A stretch of DNA of 60,298 nucleotides, filler included, from Syncephalis fuscata S228 (Eukaryota; Fungi; Zoopagomycota), in the NCBI GenBank assembly GCA_025786725.1. It is 4 parts of 4 records of this genome, joined end to end, with 100 filler letters (N's around TTAATTAATTAA, not from the genome) between each part and the next. Parts side by side here need not be neighbours in the genome. Positions count along the whole stretch, not along the records: positions 38,096 to 50,106 come from JAHLTZ010000277.1; positions 50,207 to 60,298 come from JAHLTZ010000298.1; 2 more parts are not named here. One strand, written 5' to 3'. The position numbers were made by a program, and so were the translations under genes. The stretch's first letter is position 1, and each line of letters starts with the position of its first letter. The notes under the pieces are model-generated. The model did no database searches. It worked only from the letters and a program-made list of their open reading frames with translations, and was not told the DNA's origin. Shown here piece by piece: positions 38,096 to 50,802 of the stretch.

Positions 38096-40083
38096 GTATT
38101 GCTATGTGATAATGTCTGCACTGTTATAATTTAATCAATTTAATGTGTTGTTGGTAAGGCTGTAGTAAATATAAAATTTATACTAAATCTAAAAACATAA
38201 TTAAAAGCAATATAATTCTTTATCAATGTTCTTTTCGGCTTAGTACCACCATTCTGTGTACTACAACAGCGCTACCGCACCGGTTATTACCGCTTTGTGT
38301 TTTCTTGTTATAATGCTACACTTTTGTTACCAGAATAAAGCAAAAACAATATAAACACTTTGGATAAAACACAGTAAATATTAGAAAGTAAGACAAAAAA
38401 TGTTGATATGAATAAAGTATATTGTTTATTATTATTCGGTTTAAAATATTGTTTAGCATATTATTATAACTATAATAAAGGCAAGACAAAAACGTTATAT
38501 AATATCAAAAATAGACATCTACTCATTAGGCAATATTTAAATGACTAAGGTAAATATAATAAAGTTAATAGCATTGTGTTAATGATACTTTTATGTCATC
38601 TGGTGAGCAAGTAGTTTAGTCACAAAATATAGCGTGTTTATATTCGCCTATTTTAGCTGTCTTACTAATATTGCATGTTGGTAGCTAACACAAGTGGTTG
38701 GTAAAACTAGCGTTGCGCTGTCATATGATTGTTGTTAAAAAATTAATTCAATGCAAATTGAGTGTTTAACTCAATATTTTTTAGTCTTATCTCCTATTGG
38801 ATCGAAGGTATAGCCGTAAGCTAAAAAAACTATATAGCTAACTTTTTACATTGTGTTCATAATATATAGTAACAAAAATAAACATATAATGCTTTTTATA
38901 AATAACGTGTAATGCTGTATTGCCATTTACCTTTAATAATAAGGCAGTGTATCAGTGCAATACTATGAGTTTTAATATGAAATACTATAGCTGGTATATG
39001 CATGTATTTTTGAGGTACTTTTGTGCTTAAAATAGATCAATATCAATAGTCGTTTCAAGCAAATATTAATAATTTGGCTGCAAAACACTTTAAAGGCTAC
39101 AGCACTAGCTATAGCCTAAACTATATTTCACTCAGTGCGTTAAAGTATAATGTATGGCTGTGTAGCCAAACTATTGTTTTGACTATTGGTATTAAAATGC
39201 CAATATTTAAAAAAACTATTTTATAATGTATTAGTAACAAAACTGTCAGCTTACAATTAATAGTTTAATGTCTTTAATCAATAGCTATTGCATGATTCAA
39301 GCTATAAACATTAATGTTCCATCACATTTGTTATTGGTGTACTATACACTTTTCAATTTGTTAAAAGGTAGGTGGCGCTATAATATGTCTATTTTATTTG
39401 CCAAGAATATAAAAATATAACATCGTTTAGACCAGTTAAAAACTAGTTGATAGTTGATAGTATGATGCTTTCCGACCCAAGGCCCTGCACAGCAAGGTAA
39501 GCCATGAAAAAATAGAAATCTATAAATATTACATCACAGTAGCCAATCAAATAATAAGGATTTTGTAAAACAGCCCTTATCCGTTGCATTGAAAATTCTG
39601 ACGCAGCTCTAGACCTTTATTCTAAGAAGTAACAGTCGCTGCCTTGCGTAATTTACTAGCAACCAAAATGCACTATTATCAAATGTAAACAAATTTATTA
39701 GTATGTTGAATACTTTAGAAATTTATTATCTCAAATGCAGCATAAACACTAAAATTACCGTTAACAAATAAAAGCATTAACTCAACATTTATATATATAT
39801 TGTTGCATTACGTCTATAATCCAAATTTAATTATATTTTTGGAATAGGCAATACGATGCATGGATTGCTAAAATTAAATTTCATGTTTGATGATATGAAT
39901 AGATAGCTGTAAATAAACAGGTCTAGTTTAGTTTATCAAGCTCGCTTACACTGGCTATATAAACCCAGACTTTCGGTATTTTTTTAAACCATTATTCACA
40001 GCAACCTCTCATTTAAGCACATTATCAAGATTTAAACCACTTTTTTGACCATTTTCTACTAAATTTAGCTAAATTTTAACAAA

Positions 40084-41073
40084 ATGAATCCAAATACTTT
40101 ATCATTAGCCTCCGCTGCACTTATCGTGCTTGCATGCATATCCTCTAATGCTCAATTGGCACAGGCTATGCCCAATTATCCAACTTATCCAGATTATGGT
40201 GGCTATCCAGTATCTTATCCTCCAGTAACTACTACTGGTGCAGCCTCCTATCCTCCGGTAACTACTACTGGTGCAACCTCCTATCCTCCAGTAACTACTA
40301 CTGGCGCAGCCTCCTATCCTCCAGTAACTACTACTGGTGCAGCCTCCTATCCTCCAGTAACTACTACTGATGCAGCTTCCTATCCTCCAGTAACTACTAC
40401 TAGTGCAGCTTCATATCCTCCAGTAATCACTACTAGTGTAGAACCATATCCTCCAGTAACTACTACTGGTGCAACCTCCTATCCTCCAGTAACTACTACT
40501 GGCGCAGCCTCCTATCCTCCAGTAACTACTACTGGTGCAGCCTCCTATCCTCCAGTAACTACTACTGATGCAGCTTCCTATCCTCCAGTAACTACTACTA
40601 GTGCAGCTTCATATCCTCCAGTAATCACTACTAGTGTAGAACCATATCCTCCAGTAACTACTACTGGTGCAGCTTCATATCCTCCAGTAACTACTACTGG
40701 TGCAGCTTCCTATCCTCCAGTAACTACTACTGGTGCAGCCTCCTATCCTCCAGTAACTACTACTGATGCAGCTTCCTATCCTCCAGTAACTACTACTAGT
40801 GCAGCTTCATATCCTCCAGTAATCACTACTAGTGTAGAACCATATCCTCCAGTAACTACTACTGATGCAGCTTCCTATCCTCCAGTAACTACTACTGGCG
40901 CAACCTCCTATCCTCCAGTAACTACTACTGGTGCAGCTTCATATCCTCCAGTAACTACTACTGGTGCAGCTTCCTATCCTCCAGTAACTACTGCTAGTAC
41001 AACTTCCTATCCTCAGCCCACCAAATACTCAGCTTCTCGTTCTCCAGTAAACGCTTACCAAGCTCAATATTAA
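40084..41073 (+). CDS. Secreted Pro/Thr/Tyr-rich repeat protein (11-aa YPPVTTTGAAS repeats)
   Basis: Hydrophobic signal peptide, about 24 tandem 33-nt repeats, intronless, TATATAAA at about 39956. Confidence 0.85.
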   Translation: MNPNTLSLASAALIVLACISSNAQLAQAMPNYPTYPDYGGYPVSYPPVTTTGAASYPPVTTTGATSYPPVTTTGAASYPPVTTTGAASYPPVTTTDAASYPPVTTTSAASYPPVITTSVEPYPPVTTTGATSYPPVTTTGAASYPPVTTTGAASYPPVTTTDAASYPPVTTTSAASYPPVITTSVEPYPPVTTTGAASYPPVTTTGAASYPPVTTTGAASYPPVTTTDAASYPPVTTTSAASYPPVITTSVEPYPPVTTTDAASYPPVTTTGATSYPPVTTTGAASYPPVTTTGAASYPPVTTASTTSYPQPTKYSASRSPVNAYQAQY

Positions 41074-43343
41074 TATTCAACATTTATCGGTGACATATGC
41101 AAGGTTTATATTCTAATTACAAATCACTAGTCGCACAAGTAATCGTTTTTATAAATTTGCATACACTTTGTTTTGGAATTTGACTTTTTATTTGTCGTAT
41201 GTCTTTTTGATTGATTCAAATATTTGGTGATTATAATCAAGTTTTAAAATAAATGCTCATTTAAAGTAAAAAAATGCCATGCTTATTAGTACAGCTTTAA
41301 TAATATTATTACCAGTAAATTACACTAAAGTCTTTTTTACATTGCGTTCATAGTATATAGTAACAAAAATAAACATATAATGCTTTTTATAAATAACGTA
41401 TAATGCTGTATTGCCATTTACCTTTAATAATAAGGCAGTGTATCAGTGCAATACTATGAGTTTTAATATGAAATACTATAGCTGGTATATGCATGTATTT
41501 TTGAGGTACTTTTGTGCTTAAAATAGATCAATATCAATAGCCGTTTCGAGCAAATATTAATAATTTGGCTGCAAAACACTTTAAAGGCTACAGTTTTATT
41601 ATTTTAAAAGCAACATAAAAACTAGGATAACTTTAAAAAATAAATGTATTAAAAATCTTATTGTACTACACTTATAAGTTAAATTTTAATTACAATTTTT
41701 AAGGCGAAAAATAAATGTATGAATTACTAAAATAAACATATACATAATGGAATGTACAATGACTCAGATCCTCGTCATCCAGGCGCCACCTATACAGTTC
41801 CTTCCCCCAGACTCTATTTACCCAACTAAATGTTAATAGCTGGCTCTTACCAGTGTCATAAAAAAACTTATGCTTTAGTTTCAAGTCACTATTGATACGG
41901 GGGATCATCTTTATAAATGTGTACGCGTTCTATTTGAAATTTGATGCACCGTTTATTGTACGCTCTTTTGGTCGATTCAGATATCTACTAAGCATACTTT
42001 AGTTTTTAAAATAAACGCTCACTTAAAGTAAAAAAATACTGTGCTTATATTTTTAATAATGTTATTACATTGCATTACACTAAAAACTATTTCTATATTA
42101 TATCCACATCTTAATGTATAATAATATAAACATATGTTATAATTTCTATGGATAATGTATAACACTACATTGTTATCTATATTTAATTGTCTACTGTTAT
42201 ACTAGTGCAGCCACTGTAACATTTAAAAAATACTATACCCGGTGCATGCACGTATCCTTAAGGTACTTATGTGCCCAAAACAATTCAGTATTAGTGGCTG
42301 TTTCAAGCAAATACTAATAATGTGATTGCGAAACACGCTAAAACACCAAGAATAATGCAATTTAGAGTTGTGTTTAGCGCTGTAGCTTTTAAAATGTAAT
42401 GCATGGCTATATAGTTGGATTGCTGTTTTAAATATTAGTATCGACTATTAATATACATAAAAAGGAGCAATTTTACGACATAATATTAAAAACTGCCAGT
42501 TTATATTACCAATCTAATGGTCCTAAGCAACAAGCATTGCATAATTCAAGTCATAGGCGGTAGTGCATTATTACATTCGTTATTAGTTTGTTATACACTT
42601 TCTTCATTGGTTGACAGATAGATGGCGCTATAGATAGGCTTGTTTTATTTGCCATGAATATAGAAACCCCCCATTTAAACCAATAAAAAACTAGTTGATT
42701 ATTTATAACTTGGCATTTTTTAATTCAAGCCCTTTCATAGCATGTGGAATACGAAAAACATCAATGATGATATAGGAATATTACATAAAATAGCCAATCA
42801 AATAATAGGGACACTTGTGAAACAGGCCTTATTTTTTGAACTGGAAGCTCTAGTGTAGTTTTAGCCCCTTATTCTAGGAAATGACAGTCATAGCATTGTA
42901 TACTTTACTATTAACCAAAAGAAACATTATTATAGAATTTAGACAAAGATATTAGTATATTGAATACTTTTAAAAAGCCTAATTGTCTTAAAAGCAGCAT
43001 AAAAACTAAAATCACTATTAACGAATAAAAGCATTAATATTCAATATTTGTTATAGATGTTATTGTATCACATATATAAGCCAAATTTAATTACAAAATT
43101 TGAAACAAGCGATACGATGCACGAGTTGCTAAAACCAAATTTCATGTTTGCTAATGTGAATAGATAGCTGTAAATAAACAGGTTTAGTTTAATTTATGAA
43201 ATTCATTTATATCGGCTATATAAACCCAGATCTTCGGTATCTTTTTAAATTATTATATGCAATAGCTTCTCATCCAAGCACACTAGCAAGATCTAGACCA
43301 GTTTTTAATCATCTCTTACCACATTTAGTTGAGCTTCAGCAAA

Positions 43344-44834
43344 ATGAATCTAGGCATTTTATCGTTAGCTTCCATTGCACTTATCGTGCTTGCATGCATA
43401 TCCTCTAATGCTCAATTGACACAGGCTATGCCCAATTATCCAACTTATCCAGATTCTGGCGACTACCCTTCAACTTATCCGGATTCTGGCGACTATCCAA
43501 CTTATCCGGATTCTGGCGACTATCCAACTTATCCAGATTATGGCGACTATCCAACTTATCCAGATTATGGCGACTATCCAGTATCTTATCCTCCAGTAAT
43601 CACTACTAGTGTAGAACCATATCCTCCGGTAATCACTAGTGTAAAATCATTTCCTCCGGTAATCACCACTGGTACAACCTCTTATCCTCCTGTCGCCACC
43701 ACTCGCATAACTTTATATCCTCCAGTCACCACCACTCGCAAAATCACCACTACTAGTGCAACTTCTTCCCCTCCTTTCACTACCACTCGCAGAATCACCA
43801 TCACTCGTACATTCACCAACACCCGCACAGCTTCTCCTCCTCCAGTCACCACTACTAGTGTAGCTTCTCCTCCTCGCATTACCACTCGCACAATTACTAA
43901 TACTCGTACAATCACCAACACTCATACATTTACCAACACCCGCACAGCTTCGCCTCCTCCAGTCACCACTACTAGTGTAACTTCTTCTCCCCCTGTCATC
44001 ACTTCTATTACAACTTCTTCTCCAGTCACCACTACTAGTGTAACTTTTTCTCCTCCTCGCATTACCACTCGCACAATTACTAATACTCGTACAATCACCA
44101 ACACTCATACATTTACCAACACCCGCACAGCTTCGCCTCCTCCAGTCACCACTACTAGTGTAACTTCTTTTCCCCCTATCATCACTTCTATTACAACTTC
44201 TTTTCCTCCAGTCACCACTACTAGTGTAACTTCTTCTCCTCGCATTACCACTCGCACAATCACCAACACTCATACATTTACCAATACCCACACAGCTTCG
44301 CCTCCTCCAGTCACCACTACTAGTGTAACTTCTTTTCCCCCTGTCATCACTTCTATTACAACTTCTTCTCCAGTCACCACTACTAGTGTAGCTTCTTCTC
44401 CTCGCATTACCACTCGCACAATCACCAACACCCGTACAATCACCAACACTCATACATTTACCAATACCCACACAGCTTCGCCTCCTCCAGTCACCACTAC
44501 TAGTGTAACTTCTTCTCCCCCTATCATCACTTCTATTACAACTTCTTTTCCTCCAGTCATTACTACTAGTGTAACTTCTTTTCCTCGCATTACCACGCGC
44601 ACAATTACTAATACTCGTACATTTACCAACACCCGCACAGCTTCGCCTCCTCCAGTCACCACTACTAGTGTAACTTCTTCTCCTCGCATTACCACTCGCA
44701 CAATCACCAACACCCGTACAATCACCAACACTCATACATTTACCAATACCCACACAGCTTTTCTTACTCCAGTTACCACCACTTTCATGGTTTTTGATGT
44801 CCCAGCCCCCACACACCTAGCTTTTCTTTCTTGA
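43344..44834 (+). CDS. Secreted Thr-rich repeat protein, paralog of 40084-41073
   Basis: Near-identical signal/propeptide (LIVLACISSNAQLTQAMPNYPTYPD), PTYPD(S/Y)GDY repeats, then PPVTTTSV and RTITNTHTFTNT repeats. Upstream DNA is homologous to that of the first gene. Confidence 0.85.
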   Translation: MNLGILSLASIALIVLACISSNAQLTQAMPNYPTYPDSGDYPSTYPDSGDYPTYPDSGDYPTYPDYGDYPTYPDYGDYPVSYPPVITTSVEPYPPVITSVKSFPPVITTGTTSYPPVATTRITLYPPVTTTRKITTTSATSSPPFTTTRRITITRTFTNTRTASPPPVTTTSVASPPRITTRTITNTRTITNTHTFTNTRTASPPPVTTTSVTSSPPVITSITTSSPVTTTSVTFSPPRITTRTITNTRTITNTHTFTNTRTASPPPVTTTSVTSFPPIITSITTSFPPVTTTSVTSSPRITTRTITNTHTFTNTHTASPPPVTTTSVTSFPPVITSITTSSPVTTTSVASSPRITTRTITNTRTITNTHTFTNTHTASPPPVTTTSVTSSPPIITSITTSFPPVITTSVTSFPRITTRTITNTRTFTNTRTASPPPVTTTSVTSSPRITTRTITNTRTITNTHTFTNTHTAFLTPVTTTFMVFDVPAPTHLAFLS

Positions 44835-45225
44835 GTCAGCTTTTACCAAAATCAGTATTAGTAGCCAATCTCTACCAGTGGCTTATTTAAAACTTATAAG
44901 ATCTAATTACCACCTATTATTAAAATAAATGCCTTTACAATGTAAAAAATCACGTTTATTAATGTATTTTGATAATAATAATAATAATACCAGCATATTA
45001 AATTAAAATTATTTCTACATTGTATTCGTATATTAATGTAAATCTTATACTACACGCATAAACGTTTAACGAATCATTATTCGACACAGAAAATAATTAT
45101 GTAAAAAAATTATGTAAATATTTCCCACGATTACTTTAATTTAATTTCCGAAAAGCTTGTAAATGTTACACAAATCCTTTTTGGTTTTATTGTACTTTGA
45201 CTCCCATATCTGGAGTCCCCAAAAT

Positions 45226-47208
45226 AGCAAATCTTTTTACGCAATCAATTGTAATGCTTTGGATAGCTGAATTACGTTTAAAGCATTATTCGCAATAAAT
45301 ATTAGCGTAGTATAATAACATTATCATTTCCATAGAATAGAATTGATTAGATGTAACAGAACATTGTATTAGTAATAATTTTAAGCATTTAAATAAACAA
45401 TGCAACATACTATTTGATTTTTTGAAACATTTGAGACTAATTATTGTCGTTGGCCATGTGCAGAAAGATTGATCAAATATTAATAAAAGCCATTGATCGC
45501 AATTCCATGTCGTTCCGCATTTGTTGTTATTGCATCTACATACAGCATGGATTCTTGCGCTTAAATGGTCTCTTTTATTTTACAATATGCTACTATTGCA
45601 TTTTGGGCATATTTGCAATGTAAAATACTTATCTATGGTGGCAAAAAATTAGAACGACTAGCGTTTCTGACGCTTACAATTCTCTTGAGAATTATTGGTA
45701 TCAAATTGGTAGGCGCAGTCTCTTTGCTAACCATTGATGAAGCAAATGGCCTTCACCATATGCAATAATGATAGGTTGAGTGTCTTTACCAGAAAGATCT
45801 TGTGGCGACAGTTGTAACCAGATGATACGGCATGCCGTTGAGGTTACTTGAAAAGATATTAGTGTAAAATAAGAGAAATAAAGACTAGGGATTGATTAAT
45901 ATTTTTTATTGATATTCAAATACGCATGTTATTTGTATGTTATATTTAGCATTATTGTATAATATATTACTAAATAGAACAATAAGATAGTAATAAGAAA
46001 AAAATAGTGAAATGAGTCAATAAAGAATGTGGAAGTCAAAGTACAGTAGCTCCCCTTTTTAACAAAATATTATTTTTAGAAGCTATTTTACTTTGAGGTT
46101 CTATCCTTAAACTTAACGACAGAAAAATTAATAATTCGAATAATAAACCGCCGATCAGTTTTTACTACTGAAAAGTGCTATTTGTTGAAGCGTGTCATAT
46201 CAACTCCGATTGAATTAATCAGTTTTGATTAATTTGCACTATTTTCAATATTTGATATAGTGTTAATAAATGTTAAATAGTATTTCATGTCACTTACAAT
46301 AGAATATAATAAATAGATAAATGTTAATATATGTTATTGTTGCTGTAAAGTATTCAAAGCAGTATAATTGATATCTAATGTCACTCACCATCAGTTCCGT
46401 GTTTAGTAGAATAACAAATGTGTAGCTCAATCAAGTAAAAAATGTCAATTTTGATCTTTTGACACTAAATCACATGAGTCTACCAATAAAGTATTTAATA
46501 TATGGAAGTTATTATACGTTGACTCCTACGTTTTTTATTTACGCATTTCACTCCCTTTTCTTTAAATACAATTAAACACTTATTCGTCACTATAACATGT
46601 ATAATATTGTATCCAACATTAATTGAGTCATGTGTAATTATCAATACAATAGTGTAATTAATTAGTTATATTTATTATTGCTTTAATATATATATATATA
46701 TAATGTCATTATAATACTAATTGTTCAAAATGTCATTTATTTAGTTAGATTGGCTATAGGAAAGTGGTTGTTTAATAAACGACTTTATAATAATTATATT
46801 AATATTGATGTTACAGCACAAATATGCCCAAAATGCAATAGTAGCATATTGTAAAATAAAAGAGACCATTTAAGCGCAAGAATCCATGCTGTATGTAGAT
46901 GCAATAACAACAAATGCGGAACGACATGGAATTGCGATCAATGGCTTTTATTAATATTTGATCAATCTTTCTGCACATGGCCAACGACAATAATTAGTCT
47001 CAAATGTTTCAAAAAATCAAATAGTATGTTGCATTGTTTATTTAAATGCTTAAAATTATTACTAATACAATGTTCTGTTACATCTAATCAATTCTATTCT
47101 ATGGAAATGATAATGTTATTATACTACGCTAATATTTATTGTGAATAATGCTTTAAACGTAATTCAGCTATCCAAAGCATTACAATTGATTGCGTAAAAA
47201 GATTTGCT
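45226..47208. repeat. Pair of near-identical 390-bp inverted repeats (45226-45615 / 46819-47208)
   Basis: AGCAAATCTTTTTACGC...GGGCATATTTG is mirrored by CAAATATGCCC...GATTTGCT. One mismatch seen. Confidence 0.9.
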
Positions 47209-47309
47209 GCCCCAGGGAGATTAACATAAATGTCAGCCACTGAAGATAATACAATAATAATTATTTGTTTATTTACTTTGATATAACTAACTACAAATGT
47301 AACGTATTA

Positions 47310-49671
47310 TTAATGTTTAATCTCGTCGAGAAGTACTTGATCCGGATTAAGTGCACGGAATAGATCAAAGTCAAAGGAATTATCCTTGGGACGGATTAAG
47401 CGTTGGCACATCATATCAATGGCCGTCACACTAAGTATTGTCTGAACGTAGGCATCAATAAGATCATCAAGACCACACCCAATTGATTGAAATCTTTTCG
47501 ATCCATTAACATAAGCCGAGAAGACTCTGTAGTCCATGAACCGTCGGGAAGCTTAAGACTTAGATTAGTGCCTAACATTTCCTGAAGTGGCTAATTAATT
47601 GCGAAAAGTGAAGTAAAATATTAATATGTAATAAAGTATAGATTATTATTATTGTCACTTACCATTTGGGTCATCATCAAGGTGACGAAGCAATGGTTTG
47701 CGGGCACGTCTTCCGTAAATGGCAATTGGACGAAAGCCAGCTTCATCACCAGCAACCATAACGCGTAGATCGTTGGCAAACGTATGTTTTCGGTTAGGTA
47801 CAGTGCCGACGTGATAAAAAACGACCAGAACGTGTTTGCGACGACCAACTTGCATTACAACAAGCGAATTGAAACAATAAATTTTTGGTATTTATGCTTT
47901 AACGACATAAACATATCAAGTTCATTTTGATTTGTAATGGTATACACGCCTTGTCCTAAATTTTCATGATAATATTGCATTAGAATGCTACACATAATAA
48001 AACAAATACACTGCAAACAGTATGCTCGATTCTTACCTGCATTGCTATATGGCACCTTAATAACAGCATGTCCACCAAAGCTTTTGACTAATAGTGGATT
48101 TCTTCAAGAGTAACATTACGTTTTGTAATAGGCGTGCGTACTTGTAGGCCAGTACCATTAAGTTCAGCATTAAGAAATTCATAGGCAAGGGCGGCAATTT
48201 GTTTGTTACGGCCACCGGCAAGACACACCAGCGCACTATTTAATATTTGTGTGCGCGTCCTGATTGGAATACGTGTCCATGGACGTTGAGTTACATAGCG
48301 GAAACAAGCACGAATAGCATGCCACTCTATTGTGTATAGTAAATTGATGATGGATAGTAAATAATAAATGATTAGTAATTTTATTATTATTATTATTATA
48401 TTTACCGTTATTTCATCACGAATTTCCATCACAGCATCATCCGTCCATCTAACTGGTGGATCTGGGTCTGTTTCCAAATATTCAACAAGCCAAACACGCT
48501 CATTATATACATCAGCCATTGCGGCCGCATAGCCACTTGCTTCCATTGGATTTTGTCAAATACAACGGCCAAATCACCTTCAACTTCCTTATTTAGGTAC
48601 TTGGAAGGAGTAGAATCGGAATCAGTGGTGGCGGCCGTTGTGCTATCGGGCAGTTTGTCCATTACACGGGATAATAAATGACGAAAGGCTGTACGCATAA
48701 CAGTGCCATAGCCTCCAAGTTCGTCTCCTTCATGAAGTAGCGGCATTGATTTCTGTCCAGATGGGCAACTATTCGTCTCGACAACAATCATTTGTCGTTT
48801 GCCATTGGCAGTTGTTACATTAAATAAATCAGCACCTAATTTCAATGCATAAATTCACAAATATAAACAATAGAGTAATGAAGCTGTACTTACCTCCCCA
48901 CATAAATATTGGGGCTGATAGGCGAGGGCACGACGGAGCGTTACAATATCTACATTTGGATTAAGATGAGCATATCGATGCAGTATACGCTCATTGCCCA
49001 ACGAGAAGAAGGAACCAACTAGCGGATGGATACCGGCATTAAGTACTCGTGGATAAAAATGCTTTTCAGGCTCAAAATCACCTGCCATAATTGCTTTAGT
49101 ATGGCATGATTTTAACGATGAAGCTTTGCTAGTAGCGTCGTTTATCTTGTCTTTTGGACTGACCGTCTCGGGCAAAGGATGTGCCCAATGAATTTGACGA
49201 TGTGATTGAGTGGCCGGATTATCGGGTGCTTCAACAGGGCAATTACTTGTAAGTAGGCGTGGATGGCGTTTATTAGTTGATTCCGGATAATAGCCTGTAC
49301 TTGTAACTGACGATCCAGACTGTGGCTCTATATCGTAGCTGGCCATTTCACTATCGCTACTCATGGGCGATGTCGTTGACGCTGATGACACTGTCGAAGA
49401 AGTACGTGCGTGGCCACCATTATCGTTGCCGTGGTATTTATGATGGTGATCCAAAACGACAGAGGCTGCAGCATCTTGCATCTCTTGAAAATCGGCACCG
49501 GGCACATTGTGCGATATTAACGGCAACTGATGCTGATCCGTATCACCTTGAAGATTAAGTAAGAGGGCTCGCCATCGGTTAGGCTCTTTTGCGCTCATCG
49601 CTCCAACTAAGCGCAGCCAATGTAAGTGCGAGATGTTCATCGATATGGTGTGGCTCTTGGTCATTCGACAT
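47310..49671 (-). CDS. Circularly permuted ATP-grasp-like protein with several frameshifts (sequencing error or pseudogene)
   Basis: GADLF...[16 protein letters not shown] precedes [21 protein letters not shown](Q) and DLRVMV. Confidence 0.7.
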
Positions 49672-50106
49672 GATGCAGAGTAAAGGGAAATACGTTTTGC
49701 TTGAACGGTAGTAGTCCAATAAGGCGGGCAGTACTATACGAATATGAAACCTTGTTTATCAGCAATCTTTTTTTCCCTAATTGATCTTCTGCTTGTGTTT
49801 TTTACCGTGCTGGGAACCACTTGTTGCAGAAAAACCAACAAGGTTTTACACTAGTTAGAATCAGCAAGTGAAACATTTTTATATTAATTTATTTACCAAT
49901 AGTAATAATGTTTAATAGCTTAGGTGGCTAAAATTATACTATGGAGAGAAGACTAAAGATAACACAGTTTACGTCGATTAATACGTATCTTTTATAGTAT
50001 AAATTGACTGACTAATTTATTTATATTATAATCATTAAGGCTTTATTGGATGGAGATAGATAAGCGAATCGTTATGATGTCACAGTCGTGTACCAATCAT
50101 TTAACA

Positions 50107-50206
50107 NNNNNNNNNNNNNNNNNNNNNNNNNNNNNNNNNNNNNNNNNNNNTTAATTAATTAANNNNNNNNNNNNNNNNNNNNNNNNNNNNNNNNNNNNNN
50201 NNNNNN
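50107..50206. other. Artificial contig-join spacer
   Basis: N run with TTAATTAATTAA in the middle. Confidence 0.97.
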
Positions 50207-50802
50207 AATAATTTTAAGATAGCTATAAGCTTTAAAGCTGTGATGGTATATTGCTATTATAATATGATATGCTTATCGCTGGCTAAGCGATTACATTGTT
50301 TTGAATATAACTCGAGATATAACTGCAAGCCGAATACACATGATATTATATGGTGCGGTAACTATAATGGCCAAAATAGAGCGTTATATTATTCTCATTT
50401 GCTTATTCAATAAAATGCACTGTTTGGTAACACGTTTTTACTATTTTTTATTTGATAAAGGGTGGTTAAACTATTTGGATAAAATGTTTCGTTCCTATAT
50501 GACACGTGCTATCGGGGTCACATTTTATAACGGCCACTAGTATTCTATCTTTTTTTGGACAATCCACGTTTTACAATTTCGTAAATAGTATAAATAATAT
50601 AAACTGATACAATTTCCATTTCTATATTTTATTTATAGCAGCACATTTAGATTCTAGGTTCTACTGAGTTTCAGACATATATATATATATGACACTAAAA
50701 TGACGCATTCTTATTTCTCAAAGATAATAATTGTCTTCTTATTTTCCATAAACACAGCTGCATCTTTTCTTGAATTTTTTATTTATCTAATCGTTGTTTA
50801 AT

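Noticed and set aside
43713-44816. 367-aa Cys/Arg-rich ORF on the - strand
   Set aside because: Antisense shadow of the repetitive Thr-rich gene.
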